A stretch of 64,000 nucleotides of DNA from Dehalococcoidia bacterium (GTDB lineage Bacteria > Chloroflexota > Dehalococcoidia > DSTF01 > JACRBR01). The stretch lies in contig JBGQBE010000001.1 in NCBI GenBank assembly GCA_041494685.1, positions 62,001-126,000 on the forward strand, read 5' to 3'. Shown one piece after another: positions 39,845 through 49,924 of this stretch (the first letter of the stretch is position 1; each line of letters opens with the position of its first letter). The translations under genes were made by a program, and so were the position numbers. The notes under the pieces were generated by a model. It was not told where the DNA came from, made no database searches, and worked only from the letters and a program-made list of their open reading frames with translations.

Positions 39845-40324
39845 CTACGTGACCCGAGAGCTGGTCGTAACCGTGACGCCGCCGCAAGTGATGGAGATTG
39901 GCGAGTTGCCGGGCGCTGTTCCAGTGGGAACGCCCCACGTCCACGACACCTTCCCGCTTGCGTCCGCCTGCTTGGGCGCAAGCCCTGCAGCGGTGCTGGG
40001 GCCCGAAGCGTAGGTGACCGTGATCGTGCACGATGCTCCCGGCGCCGCGCCTTCGACCACCACAGTCGCGGTGGACCCCGGCGCCGTCGCAATCGTCACC
40101 GACGAGACCTTCAGCACGGGCGCAGCCGTGGGCGAAGGCGCCACTGACGGCGCCGCCGTCGGAGCCGATGTCGGCGCCTTGGCGATCGCAGTGGATGTCG
40201 GCGCGCTCGCCACGGTAGACGCCGCTGACGTCGCAACGGGGCTCGGCGTGCTGGATGAACTGCCGCGGCACCCGGCAGCCAGGACCAGGACAGGGATTAC
40301 GAACATCAGCGATGCTTTTCGCAC
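39845..40324 (-). CDS. lipoprotein with Ser/Thr/Ala linker and small Ig-like domain
   Basis: LAAGC lipobox; GLAPKQADASGKVSWTW; GGAGG RBS. Confidence 0.7.
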   Translation of the reverse strand: MRKASLMFVIPVLVLAAGCRGSSSSTPSPVATSAASTVASAPTSTAIAKAPTSAPTAAPSVAPSPTAAPVLKVSSVTIATAPGSTATVVVEGAAPGASCTITVTYASGPSTAAGLAPKQADASGKVSWTWGVPTGTAPGNSPISITCGGVTVTTSSRVT

Positions 40325-40460
40325 GACAAACCTCCGATACCAGGCGACAACGCAGAGACCAGCGGAGTTTACTTCGCCGTCGATGAACTGTCGAGGAAAT
40401 GGAGCAAGAGCCTGGCCACGTGCGTGGCCGCAAGCGTCTGCCGAATCCAGGGGAGTGATA

Positions 40461-40503
40461 TGGTCGGGGCGATAGGACTTGAACCTGCGACCTCCTGACC
40501 CCC
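40461..40503 (-). repeat. tRNA-Pro 3'-half duplicate (att-like)
   Basis: Matches 48557-48599 with 2 mismatches and ends in the anticodon loop. Confidence 0.9.
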
Positions 40504-40559
40504 GCTGCTGCGAAGCGCTGATCGGGCGATCAGCCCCCGATCGTGCCGGCCGGCCGGAC

Positions 40560-41594
40560 TCAGCGGAGGGAGAACGAGAGGACGCCCGCGTAACGGTCCG
40601 TCACCAGGAGCGAGCCGTCCGCGATGGACAGCCCGGCCGGCGCCGTGAACAGCGAGCCGGAGTTCAGGTCCCGCATATCGCGCCTGCCGATCAGCCCGAG
40701 GTACCTGCCGTCGGGCGCGAACACTTCCACGGCGACCAGCAGCCCGTCGCTCACGAAGACGCGCCCTGCCGCATCGACCGCGACGCCTTTCGGGCGCGCC
40801 AGCGATCCCGCCGTGTCGCCGCGCCGCCCGAACTCGCGCAGGAACGCGCCGCCCGGCGACAGCTCCACGACGCGCGCGTTGAGCGTGTCGACGACGTACA
40901 CGTTGCCGGCGGCGTCCACGGCGAGGGCGCCGGGGACGTTGAAGCCTTCGGCGCCGCCCGCACGCGTGCCGGTCCCGGCCGTCCAGAGGACGTCGCCGCC
41001 TTCGGTGAACCGCAGCACCTGGTGGTTCTCGGCGTCGGAGACCACGACGCCTCCGTCCGGCAGCACCGCCACGCCGACGGGGCGCGCCGGCTTGCCGTTG
41101 ACGCCCGCCGGCAAGAGGAGGGCCCGCTGCACCTCCCCCGAGAGATCCATGACGACGATGCTCGGGTCCAGCGAGTTGGCGATGAACAGTCGCTGGCCGT
41201 CCGTCGCGATCGCCATGGGCAGCTGGAGGCTCACGCGCGCGCTGAGTTGGCCGCCGAAGGTCGCGATGACGCGGCCGGCGGAGTCGAGCTTGAGGACGCG
41301 GTTGTTCCCCGTGTCCAGCACGAACGTGGCGTCGCCGACCCGGACGGCGTCCACCGGGATCGTCCAGCTTCCGCCCGCCGGCGCGGCGATCGAGCGGGCG
41401 AGCGGCGCCGGGTACACCAGGCGGGAGACCCGGACGCCCGAGGCCGCGCCGCCGATCGGGATGATCGCCGGGAGGATGAGCCACGTCGCCGCGGAGAACA
41501 GCAGCCCGACGGCGGCCAGCGCCAGCAGCTTCTTGTGAAGCTCAACCGGCAACAGGTGTTCCGCGCCCCAGAGGCCGTACGAACCGCGCTGCAA
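40560..41594 (-). CDS. membrane-anchored NHL-repeat protein
   Basis: P.G.AVD..GNVYVVDT.N.RV repeats; N-terminal TM. Confidence 0.85.
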   Translation of the reverse strand: MQRGSYGLWGAEHLLPVELHKKLLALAAVGLLFSAATWLILPAIIPIGGAASGVRVSRLVYPAPLARSIAAPAGGSWTIPVDAVRVGDATFVLDTGNNRVLKLDSAGRVIATFGGQLSARVSLQLPMAIATDGQRLFIANSLDPSIVVMDLSGEVQRALLLPAGVNGKPARPVGVAVLPDGGVVVSDAENHQVLRFTEGGDVLWTAGTGTRAGGAEGFNVPGALAVDAAGNVYVVDTLNARVVELSPGGAFLREFGRRGDTAGSLARPKGVAVDAAGRVFVSDGLLVAVEVFAPDGRYLGLIGRRDMRDLNSGSLFTAPAGLSIADGSLLVTDRYAGVLSFSLR

Positions 41595-41616
41595 AGGACC
41601 ACCTCGTTCCTTTTCC

Positions 41617-42291
41617 CTATTTCTTGTGGCAGTTCTGGCACAACGTCACGGTCGGCATCGTGTTGAACTGCGTCCCCGGCGTGCCGCCGTGCGTGGCGTG
41701 ACAGCTCAGGCACTTCACGTAGTCGCCCGGCCCCGTCCCGTCCGCGTTCCAGAGGCGCGTGCCGGAGTAATCGCCGTGGTACGGGTCCCACGAGCTGTCG
41801 ACAGGGGCGATGCCAAGCTCACGGGCGTTGACGTCGACGGGGTGGTTGACGGGCCCCGCCTTCGTGTGGCAGTTGCGGCAGAAGTCGGCGCCACCCGGCA
41901 ACTTCAGGAACTTGGCGTAGGGCGTGCCGTGGGCGTCGTGGCAGCGGTCGCAGTCCGCCCCTTTGACGCCGGGACTTCGCAGGTGCAGCGGCCGCGAGAG
42001 GTCGAACGCGAAGGTCCCGACCGTGGTGACGGTGCCGTCGTGGCAGCTGAAGCACAGCGGCCGCAGACCGGCGAACGGTCCGCTCGTGTTCGGTTTGGAG
42101 GCCCAGAGCGCGTCCGCGCCGGCGTCGTGCGGCACGTGGCAATTGACGCAGACGGACGTGCCGGGGATCGACACGCCGTGCTTGGTACCGGTCACGTCCT
42201 TCTCGTCGCCGAAGGCCACGCGCCCCCGCGCCGCGAGGACGACCCCCATCGCCACCAGGACGCACACTGCCACGGCTACCAGGTGCTTCAT
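41617..42291 (-). CDS. multiheme cytochrome c (6 CxxCH)
   Basis: CVNCH, CFSCH, CDRCH, CRNCH, CLSCH, CQNCH; signal peptide. Confidence 0.92.
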   Translation of the reverse strand: MKHLVAVAVCVLVAMGVVLAARGRVAFGDEKDVTGTKHGVSIPGTSVCVNCHVPHDAGADALWASKPNTSGPFAGLRPLCFSCHDGTVTTVGTFAFDLSRPLHLRSPGVKGADCDRCHDAHGTPYAKFLKLPGGADFCRNCHTKAGPVNHPVDVNARELGIAPVDSSWDPYHGDYSGTRLWNADGTGPGDYVKCLSCHATHGGTPGTQFNTMPTVTLCQNCHKK

Positions 42292-42361
42292 GAGCCCCGC
42301 GGCCGGTGGCCGGCGCCAGCCCCTCGCGCCGGGCGGGAACCCGGACCCCGGCTTCGCTCCG

Positions 42362-44005
42362 TCACGGCGCCCCCAACTGGAACACGAACATCCCCATCAG
42401 GCGATCCATCACGTACAGACGGTCGCCGACGATCTCGACGCCGTAGGGGTACTGAAGCCCGGACTCGGGCAGCCCGTTGCCCGCGGCGTCGGGTCCGCCG
42501 ATCGACCCGAGAAACGCCCCGGCGGCCCCGAATACGCGCACCTCGCGGAGCGCTTCGTCGCTCACGAAGACGCGCCCTTGCTCATCGATGGCGACGTCCT
42601 GCGGCATGGCCAGATCGTCACGCCCGATCGCCGACACAAACGTGCCCTGCGGCGAGTACTCCTTCACCTCGTGGGTCCCCGTATCCACAACCCACAGGTT
42701 GCCGTGGCCGTCGAGCGCGATGCCGCTCGGCGTCGCCAGGCGTTCGCTGCTCGACGTGACCGCGTGCTGGCCGATGGCGGCGAGGAACACGCCGCTCGCG
42801 CTCAACAGCACGACGCGCTGGTTGCTGGAATCGCTGAGCCAGATCGCCCCCGAGTCGGTCACGGCGATGCCGGCGGGGTGGAACGGTCGCGCCGCCTTGG
42901 GCGCCTGCACCGGGATCACCTTATCGACGAGCCCGGCCGGCGACAGCTCGATCACGTTTCCGAAGAGTGGCGCGGCGACGTAGATCTCGCCCCCGTGCGT
43001 CGTCATCGACAGGGCACGCAAGATCGATGTCGGGCCACCGGGATCGCTCTCGAACGTCCGGGCAAGTTTCCCGTCCGCGGTGACCGTCAGGACGCGCCCC
43101 TTGTTCGTATCCAGGACGAACACGCGGCCGTCCACGACCGCCAGATCCGCCGGCAGGTCCGGCGAATCGGGCATGATGTGGCCTTCTTGATCGGTAGTGA
43201 ATGCGGGGATCGTCTGCACGAGCCGGGCCGCGAATGGGCCGTCGGCGGGCTGCGCGTCGCCGCCGTCGAATGAGCCTACCGGAGCCACGAGGCTCGCCTC
43301 GCTGCCGCGCGCGCGCGGGAGCAAGAGTCCGACGAACAGCGCAACGGCCGTGAGCGCGATCAGCGCCGCCAGCATGGGGCTCAGCGAGGCCGGTCGCAGG
43401 GACGGCTGCCCCGTCCGAGCGGTCGTTGCGGGCGCCGTCGCCGGCTCGGCGGCCGAGATCCCCAAGACGGTCCGGAGCACGACAAGGCCGAGAATGCCCC
43501 ACACCGCCAGGACGGCAAGGCCCGCTCCGAGCGGAGCGAACTGGCGCGGCGTCGCCAGTCCGAACTTCGCGTTCTCGTGCAAGTGCGGAGGTGCGACCGA
43601 GTTGAAGCGGAAGGTCGTCTGGGCCGGCGTGTATTCGCTGCCGCCGCCGTAGCGGACCACGACTGTGTGCTCGCCGCCCCACGTGGGCTCGTACGGCAAA
43701 GCCGCGGTACCCGTCGCGTCGGTCATGGCGCTGCCGAGCGTCATCAGCCGTTCGCCAAAGACCGTCGAGATCTCGGAGAAGACCACGGGCTCGCCGCGCG
43801 AAGGCGTGCCGTCCTCCGCTGAAAGCTTCGCTGAGAGGGTCATGGTGGAGCGACCCTCGACCTGGTCCGTCAGCGTCACGCCCCGCAGCACCGTCGGAAC
43901 CGGCCCGCCGGCCGGGCCCTCGGCCCTGGCCGCGCCGCTCATCGACCATGCCAGCGCGAGAGCGCCGAGCGCCGCCAGGATCGCGCCGCGCTTCGTGATC
44001 TGCAT
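42362..44005 (-). CDS. Ig-like domain, two TM helices and NHL-repeat protein
   Basis: Signal peptide; HTVVVRYGG (Ig-like); PSGIALDGHGNLWVVD repeats. Confidence 0.8.
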   Translation of the reverse strand: MQITKRGAILAALGALALAWSMSGAARAEGPAGGPVPTVLRGVTLTDQVEGRSTMTLSAKLSAEDGTPSRGEPVVFSEISTVFGERLMTLGSAMTDATGTAALPYEPTWGGEHTVVVRYGGGSEYTPAQTTFRFNSVAPPHLHENAKFGLATPRQFAPLGAGLAVLAVWGILGLVVLRTVLGISAAEPATAPATTARTGQPSLRPASLSPMLAALIALTAVALFVGLLLPRARGSEASLVAPVGSFDGGDAQPADGPFAARLVQTIPAFTTDQEGHIMPDSPDLPADLAVVDGRVFVLDTNKGRVLTVTADGKLARTFESDPGGPTSILRALSMTTHGGEIYVAAPLFGNVIELSPAGLVDKVIPVQAPKAARPFHPAGIAVTDSGAIWLSDSSNQRVVLLSASGVFLAAIGQHAVTSSSERLATPSGIALDGHGNLWVVDTGTHEVKEYSPQGTFVSAIGRDDLAMPQDVAIDEQGRVFVSDEALREVRVFGAAGAFLGSIGGPDAAGNGLPESGLQYPYGVEIVGDRLYVMDRLMGMFVFQLGAP

Positions 44006-44007
44006 CG

Positions 44008-45342
44008 CTACCTCACCGAGCCGATGGCTGCGTCTTCGCGACGGCTCGCTTCCATTGCCGCGATTTCCTCGATCTCATAGATCGAGATGATGGGGAACAG
44101 CCGGAAGAAGAGCATCATCAGCAGCGGAATAGCCGCCGCGGCGCCAACCGTGATCGCGACCTCGACGCGGCTGGGCCAGTAGACGACGACCGCGGTCGGC
44201 ATCAGCGGCTGCGCCAGTCCCGGCACCACGATGAGGAACCGCTTGAGCCACATCGCCAGCACCACCGCGAGCGCCGCCAGGGTGATGCCGGGGATGTTCC
44301 GCGTCCACGGCAGCGCGACCAGCAATATCGGCACGATGATCCCGCCGATCCCGAAGAACCACATCAGCGGCGCAAGGCGACCCACCAGGAGCAGCTCCAG
44401 GATCGACCCCGGGCCCTGGTGCATCTTGTAGCCCTCCGTGAGGTACTCGGCGAACATGAAGTACCCGTAGGCGGCGCCGAGCGCCATCATGATGAACGCC
44501 AGATACTTGAAGTGCTTCTCCTCGATGTACTCCTCGAGGTGGTACGCCCAGCGGAACCCCGCCGTCACCAGGATGACGGTGGCGACACCGGAGAACATCG
44601 CCGCCACGACGAAGTACGGCGCGAGGATCGTGCTGTCCCAGGCGGGACGCGATGTGACGCCGAAGAGGAACGCCAGCACGGAGTGCACCGCCACCGCCAG
44701 CGGGATAATCACGATCGCCACAACCGTCGTGCCCCACTCGAGCACGTGCTTCTGCGCCGGCGTGCCGTGCCAGCCCAGCGCGAGGTGTTTGTACAGCAGT
44801 TCGCGCGCCCGCCCCGCGGTCGGCCCCAGCCGGTCGCGGCAGGCGGCGATGTCCGGGATCAGTGGCAGGTAGAGGAAGACGGCGCCGGCCGTCAGGTACG
44901 TGGTCACGGCGACCACGTCCCAGAGCACCGGCGAGCCGACCTGGCCGTACCGGAAGAGGTAGATCATCCGCTCGGGGCGTCCCATGTCGATCAGCGGGAA
45001 CACCGCGCCGACCAGCACCGACATCACCGCCATCGTCTCCGCGATGCGCGAAAGCGGCGCCCGCCAGGGGGCGTTCGTGAGACGCAGGATGGCCGACGTC
45101 ATCGCACCGCCGTAGCTGATGCCGATGAAGAAGACCATGTCCCCGATGTAGAACCCCCAGGACACGCGCTGGCTCAGCCCCGTGACCCCTAGTCCCTCTT
45201 TGAGCTGCTGCAGGTACGCCACGAGCGCCATGAACACCAGGATCGACAGGCTGGCGACGGCCACCCAGAAGAACTGCCCCGGCCGGATGATCGGCCGCAT
45301 GGCGGTTTCTTCGAGGTCAGCCTGTTGCATGTGTTCCAACAC
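44008..45342 (-). CDS. NrfD/PsrC-family membrane quinol-interacting subunit
   Basis: GLGVTGL, WGFYI..VFFIGIS, R.AE, DMGRPER, SPVLWD, VHS, APYFV; exact start uncertain. Confidence 0.92.
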   Translation of the reverse strand: MLEHMQQADLEETAMRPIIRPGQFFWVAVASLSILVFMALVAYLQQLKEGLGVTGLSQRVSWGFYIGDMVFFIGISYGGAMTSAILRLTNAPWRAPLSRIAETMAVMSVLVGAVFPLIDMGRPERMIYLFRYGQVGSPVLWDVVAVTTYLTAGAVFLYLPLIPDIAACRDRLGPTAGRARELLYKHLALGWHGTPAQKHVLEWGTTVVAIVIIPLAVAVHSVLAFLFGVTSRPAWDSTILAPYFVVAAMFSGVATVILVTAGFRWAYHLEEYIEEKHFKYLAFIMMALGAAYGYFMFAEYLTEGYKMHQGPGSILELLLVGRLAPLMWFFGIGGIIVPILLVALPWTRNIPGITLAALAVVLAMWLKRFLIVVPGLAQPLMPTAVVVYWPSRVEVAITVGAAAAIPLLMMLFFRLFPIISIYEIEEIAAMEASRREDAAIGSVR

Positions 45343-45348
45343 CGTACG

Positions 45349-46152
45349 CTAACTCCAGTGCTCGCCCTCGATCGTCTGTCCGTGGCCCGCGATGTACCAC
45401 ACGCGCGGGCTCGTGTTCAGCTCTTCCTTCAGGCGGAATCCGTCGTTCTCGCTCAAGTAGCGGGACATCTCGTACGTCTCGCCGGACCGGTTCGTCATCA
45501 CCCGAGTATTGAGATCGGCGATGTAGAGCGCGTCCATCGGACACGCGGCGACGCACGCCGGCAGCTTGCCTTCATCGACGTAGTGGACGCAGAGGACGCA
45601 CTTCCCCACGGTCCCGCGTCTCTGCGGCACCGGGAACTCGGGCATCGGGTTGTTGAAGTTCTTCGGCGGTTGCGGCGGCTGGCGGAAGTTGAAGTACCGC
45701 GCCTCATACGGGCACGCCGCCATGCAGAGGCGGCAGCCGATGCAGCGGTCTTGATTCACCAGCACGACGCCTTCAGCGCTCTTGAACGTCGCCCCGACCG
45801 GGCACACCTTCAGGCAGGGAGCGTTCTCGCACTGCATGCAGAGGCGGGGCATGAAGAAGCGGTTGCCGTTGGCGTCTTCCACTTCGTAGATCTTGATCCA
45901 CTCCATCTCCTTGGGCAGGTAGTGGGTGGCCTGGCAGGCCTGCGTGCAGTACTTGCAGCCGTCGCACCGCCGGAGATCGACGACGGCCGCCCACTGATGC
46001 TGTTCCTTCGGCGCGGCATCCGGCGCGGGCGGCGCCGCCACAGCCGGCTGCCCATCGACCTGGCGCAGCGCGGACCAGGCCACCTCGCCCGTGAGCACGA
46101 AGGCCGTCGCGGCTCCCAGGGTCTGGAGCAGTTCCCTCCTGGAGATGGGCAT
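45349..46152 (-). CDS. Tat-exported 4Fe-4S protein (NrfC/PsrB-like)
   Basis: SRRELL Tat motif; CDGCKYC, CMQCENAPC..VCP, CIGCRLCMAACPY, KCVLC...PAC...CP. Confidence 0.93.
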   Translation of the reverse strand: MPISRRELLQTLGAATAFVLTGEVAWSALRQVDGQPAVAAPPAPDAAPKEQHQWAAVVDLRRCDGCKYCTQACQATHYLPKEMEWIKIYEVEDANGNRFFMPRLCMQCENAPCLKVCPVGATFKSAEGVVLVNQDRCIGCRLCMAACPYEARYFNFRQPPQPPKNFNNPMPEFPVPQRRGTVGKCVLCVHYVDEGKLPACVAACPMDALYIADLNTRVMTNRSGETYEMSRYLSENDGFRLKEELNTSPRVWYIAGHGQTIEGEHWS

Positions 46153-46360
46153 CGACAGGCTCCATTCATGCCGGCGAACTGGCGGTCGCTCTCGACAGAA
46201 CAATTGTGCCCCGGTCGATGCCGTTTGGCATGCGTGGTACCGCTTCAGCGCACACGGGCAGATCTACCTGCGTCAACCTCGAAGGTCTATGCCCACAGAT
46301 ACATGACCCCGTGCCACCGGCGAGCGCCTAATGGGTGTAAATACGCGCTTGGAGGTTGCC

Positions 46361-47059
46361 GTGGCCGAGGCGTCGATCCTGGGAACCAGCGCGCCGATGC
46401 GCGTCGTCATCGCTGACGACCACACCCTCATCCGCGAGGGGACCAGCCGGATCCTCGAGACCCAGCCGGACATCGCCGTCGTCGGCGAGGCGGGCGACGG
46501 CGCCAGCGCTGTCGAGACGGCGCTGCGTCTCCAGCCGGACGTCGCCCTGCTCGACCTCCGCATGCCCGTCCTGAACGGCATCGAAGCGACGCAGCGCATC
46601 CGCGCGCAGGCTCCGAACATCGCCGTGCTCATCCTCACCGCCTACGACGACGACGAGTACGTCTCGGCGGTCATCAAGGCCGGCGCCTCGGGCTATCTCC
46701 TCAAGACCGTCCGCGCCAACGAGCTCATCGAGGCCCTCCGCCGCGTCCGCATGGGAGAAGTCGTGCTGCATCCCGCGATCGCCAGCAAACTGGCGCGGCT
46801 CTTCGCGAAGAACCTCGGCACCGTGCCGGAAGAGCACCGGCTGACATCGCGCGAGATGGACATCCTGCGGCAGGTGTGCATGGGGAACCTCAACAAGGAG
46901 ATCGCCGGCGAGCTGGGGCTCAGCATCCGCACTGTCGAGGGCCACCTGAACGCCATCCTGGGCAAGCTCAACGTGCGGTCGCGCACGGAAGCGGCGATGT
47001 ACGCGTCCTATAAGGGCTGGTTCAGCGAGGGCGGCTTGTCGCCATGGGCACACACGTAG
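46361..47059 (+). CDS. NarL/LuxR-family response regulator
   Basis: IADDH, LLDLRMP, GYLLK, LTSRE...NKEIA.EL..S.RTV. Confidence 0.95.
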   Translation: MAEASILGTSAPMRVVIADDHTLIREGTSRILETQPDIAVVGEAGDGASAVETALRLQPDVALLDLRMPVLNGIEATQRIRAQAPNIAVLILTAYDDDEYVSAVIKAGASGYLLKTVRANELIEALRRVRMGEVVLHPAIASKLARLFAKNLGTVPEEHRLTSREMDILRQVCMGNLNKEIAGELGLSIRTVEGHLNAILGKLNVRSRTEAAMYASYKGWFSEGGLSPWAHT

Positions 47060-48510
47060 GGCTCGCCGCGCGGCGGCCGTTGCTCGCCGGCGCCGATCGC
47101 TGGCCGCGCCTCGATGCGCTGCGCGCCGCGGCGAGGCTGCCGCTCAGGGATCGCCGGTTCTGGATCACGCAGGCCATGATCCTGGGCATCATCGGCCTCC
47201 ATGAGTCGATCGAGCTGTTCGGGTTCGTGCCCAGCCTCGGCATGCTGTACTTCGTGCCGACCGCGCTCTTCTTCATGCCCGTGGTCTACGCCGCCATCAA
47301 CTTCGGCCTGCGCGGGTCGCTCGCCACCGTGCTCTGGTGCACGCTGATCACGCTTCCCAACTGGGTATTCTGGCACGAGGGCTTCGAACGGTACGCCGAG
47401 ATCGCGCAGATGGGCTTCGTCGCGGCCTTCGCACTGATGGTCGGCCTCCGCGTCGATGAGGAGCGCAAGGCATATGCGCGCGTCGAGATGGTCTCCCACG
47501 CGCTCGAACGCTCCGAGCAGCGATACCGCGAGCTGTTCGAGGCCGCCCGCGAGGGTATTCTCGTGCTCGACGAAGCGGGCCGGATCGTCGAGTGCAACTC
47601 CGCCGCGCGCGCGCTGATGCAGGCCTCGCCCGCGGCGGCGGACCACGGCCGCCTCCACGACGTCTTCCCACGGGAAGCGGCGGCGCAGATCATGGCGCAG
47701 GTGTCGAATCCGGACGAGCGCCCCGGGGCGATCCGGCTGCGCACGCCCGCCGGAGACGAGGCGTGGGTCGAACCCGTGTGCACCCGTCTGCGCGGCGATG
47801 CCCCCGGCACCCAGGTCTTGCTGCGCGACGTGACGCGGCAGCAGCGCCGCCAGGAGAACCTCGAGACGTACACCGCCCAGGTGCACAGGGCGCAGGAGGA
47901 CGAGCGGCGCAGGATCGCGCAGGAGATCCACGACGACACCGTGCAGTCGCTCGTCCTCCTGTGTCGCGAGTTGGACGACGTGGAGGAGCGCTGCGGCGAG
48001 ACGCCGGACCGCGTCGCATCCAGCCTCCGCAGCGCGCGGGACCATGCGGCAGAGATCGTGGGGACGCTGCGCGTGCTGATCCGGGGCATCCGTCCGCCCG
48101 CGCTCGATGATCTGGGGCTCGTCCCCGCCGTGCAGCGGCTGCTGACCGACGTCGCGTCGCACTCGACGGTCCGCACGGATCTGGTCGTGGCGGGCGCGGT
48201 GCATCGCGCGCCCCGCGCGGTCGAGCTGGCAATGCTCCGCATCGTGCAGGAGTCGCTGCGCAACGCGGAGCGTCACGGCGCGCCGGCGCGCATCGACGTC
48301 CACATCACGTACGCGCACGGACACGTCGAGCTGGAAGTCCGGGACGACGGTGCGGGGTTCGTCCCACCGCAGGATCCCTCCGACCTCGCGAGGGGGGGGA
48401 AGTGGGGGATCATCGGCATGCACGAGCGCGCGCGGGAGGTAGGCGGCGAGCTGCGCGTCTCCTCGACGCCCGGCGCCGGGACGACGGTGCAGGCAGCCTT
48501 CGGCATCTAG
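47044..48510 (+). CDS. PAS-containing HisKA_3 sensor histidine kinase
   Basis: TM region, [35 protein letters not shown]. Confidence 0.93.
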   Translation: MGTHVGLAARRPLLAGADRWPRLDALRAAARLPLRDRRFWITQAMILGIIGLHESIELFGFVPSLGMLYFVPTALFFMPVVYAAINFGLRGSLATVLWCTLITLPNWVFWHEGFERYAEIAQMGFVAAFALMVGLRVDEERKAYARVEMVSHALERSEQRYRELFEAAREGILVLDEAGRIVECNSAARALMQASPAAADHGRLHDVFPREAAAQIMAQVSNPDERPGAIRLRTPAGDEAWVEPVCTRLRGDAPGTQVLLRDVTRQQRRQENLETYTAQVHRAQEDERRRIAQEIHDDTVQSLVLLCRELDDVEERCGETPDRVASSLRSARDHAAEIVGTLRVLIRGIRPPALDDLGLVPAVQRLLTDVASHSTVRTDLVVAGAVHRAPRAVELAMLRIVQESLRNAERHGAPARIDVHITYAHGHVELEVRDDGAGFVPPQDPSDLARGGKWGIIGMHERAREVGGELRVSSTPGAGTTVQAAFGI

Positions 48511-48556
48511 TCCGCGCGGCGGTGACCCAGCCGCAGGCGTCCGCAGCGGGGGTGAA

Positions 48557-48633
48557 TGGTCGGGGCGACAGGATTTGAACCTGCGACCTCCTGACCCCCA
48601 GTCAGGTGCGCTACCGGGCTGCGCTACGCCCCG
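48557..48633 (-). tRNA. tRNA-Pro (anticodon GGG)
   Basis: CGGGGCGTAGCGCAGCCCGGTAGCGCA-CCTGA CTGGGGG TCAGG-AGGTCGCAGGTTCAAATCCTGTCGCCCCGACCA. Confidence 0.96.
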
Positions 48634-48735
48634 AACGGGACGATCGTAGCACGGCAAGCAGGGCGCGCCAAAGGCGGCGGGAGTCTGCGCGACCGCGGAG
48701 CGATTCTGGATACCCGCTTGATGCGCGGGTGCTGG

Positions 48736-48805
48736 CGTCGAATCTGGACGACCGAAGGTCGGTGGAGTCGAAGATGATCACTAACCTTCCTGCCGAGCGG
48801 CGAGC
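48736..48805 (+). repeat. conserved left-end sequence L, copy 2
   Basis: 60/70 identical to 18998-19067. Confidence 0.9.
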
Positions 48806-48811
48806 GATTTC

Positions 48812-49693
48812 TCAGTCAACAACTGGACGCTGCTCGAGTGGGCGCATCACGACGTCGAGCGCCGGCCACGGTGGACCCTCGCGCAGGGCGCGGAGAAGCT
48901 CTCGCCCTGCTCGCTGCCCATTCGGGAATTGGTCGCCTCGATCCCACCGCCAGGCTGCGACCATCGCAAGCACGAGGCCACGGCACTCGGCGAGCAGTTC
49001 TTGGTCAGCGCCCGCATAGCGCTCGCTGACCTCTTCGGGCACATGGGCGAGGTCGAATTCGACAGGCCCCCGGCAGCACGTCTCGAGGTCGATGAACAGC
49101 AGCCCGCTCTTCGTGTCGAGCAGGTTGCCCGGGTGCGGCTCGCCGTGCAGCAGTTGCTCGGCGGCGCCGCGGTCGCAGATCGTTTGTCTCAGGCTTCCTA
49201 ACGTGTCGCTGAGAAGCTCCCGGTCCGCGTCGGCGAGCGCCGGAGTGAGGTCGCGGCTCGCAACGAGTTGTTGAGCCTCCGCGACTCGATCCGTGAAGTG
49301 TGGCGTCGTGAAATCGAGCTGCCGCATGCCGGCATGCAGCCGCTCGAGCGCATTCGCGTAGTCGGCTGGTGAGACCTCCCCAGTTGCTACAGGTTCGTAG
49401 TAGGTCCACAGCGTGACCACGAAGCCGTCACGGTCGTAGACCCGCGGCTCCACTCGAGGCTCAAGAGCACCCGCGGGGCTCCCGGTTTCGGCGAGGCGTT
49501 GCGCCAGCTCGACTTCGAACTGTGCGACCTCCTGCCCTACATACGCGACGCGGGCAAGCACGTCGCAGGGGAGCAGCCGCAACGCGAGCTTGTTCGAGTT
49601 GCAAAGAACGATTGCGTTCGTCGACTCCAGGCCAAGCGCTGAGCCAATCGATATGGTCGCAGCCACGGCGCGCGAAACGTCTGATGCCTGCAT
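48812..49693 (-). CDS. aminoglycoside-phosphotransferase-like (APH/kinase fold) protein
   Basis: LLHGEPHPGNLL, LFIDLE, GPVEFDLA. Confidence 0.85.
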   Translation of the reverse strand: MQASDVSRAVAATISIGSALGLESTNAIVLCNSNKLALRLLPCDVLARVAYVGQEVAQFEVELAQRLAETGSPAGALEPRVEPRVYDRDGFVVTLWTYYEPVATGEVSPADYANALERLHAGMRQLDFTTPHFTDRVAEAQQLVASRDLTPALADADRELLSDTLGSLRQTICDRGAAEQLLHGEPHPGNLLDTKSGLLFIDLETCCRGPVEFDLAHVPEEVSERYAGADQELLAECRGLVLAMVAAWRWDRGDQFPNGQRAGRELLRALREGPPWPALDVVMRPLEQRPVVD

Positions 49694-49830
49694 CTTTCGC
49701 TTACCCCTCGCCGCGTTGCGCCAGGAGATCTCGATGGCGCGTGCAACCTGCGCACGATACCGAACGGTTCAATCGAGAACCGCCGGATCAATAAGGTGAG
49801 ACTGGGGGTTGTCTAACGGTCGATGTGAGA

Positions 49831-49916
49831 CAGGTGTTATTCGAAAATCGCGCGAACAGTAGATAACTTCGTGATTTTAGCTTCGGATCGCAGATACAAC
49901 TGCACAGCGTTAGCGC
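49831..49916 (+). repeat. conserved right-end sequence R, copy 2
   Basis: Matches 22053-22137. Confidence 0.9.
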
Positions 49917-49924
49917 AGCGTTAG

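Larger units (their letters stand above)
40504..48556. mobile_element. tRNA-Pro-anchored genomic island (no integrase seen)
   Basis: Bounded by the tRNA 3' half duplicate and the intact tRNA. Confidence 0.6.

Noticed and set aside
36307..39852. 1181-aa + strand ORF and similar long ORFs (418-2271, 16436-18637, 53849-56017)
   Set aside because: Antisense shadows of well-supported genes, expected at high GC.
48812..49693. Bona fide aminoglycoside resistance gene
   Set aside because: Only the general APH/kinase fold is evident (HGE rather than HGD); substrate cannot be inferred.
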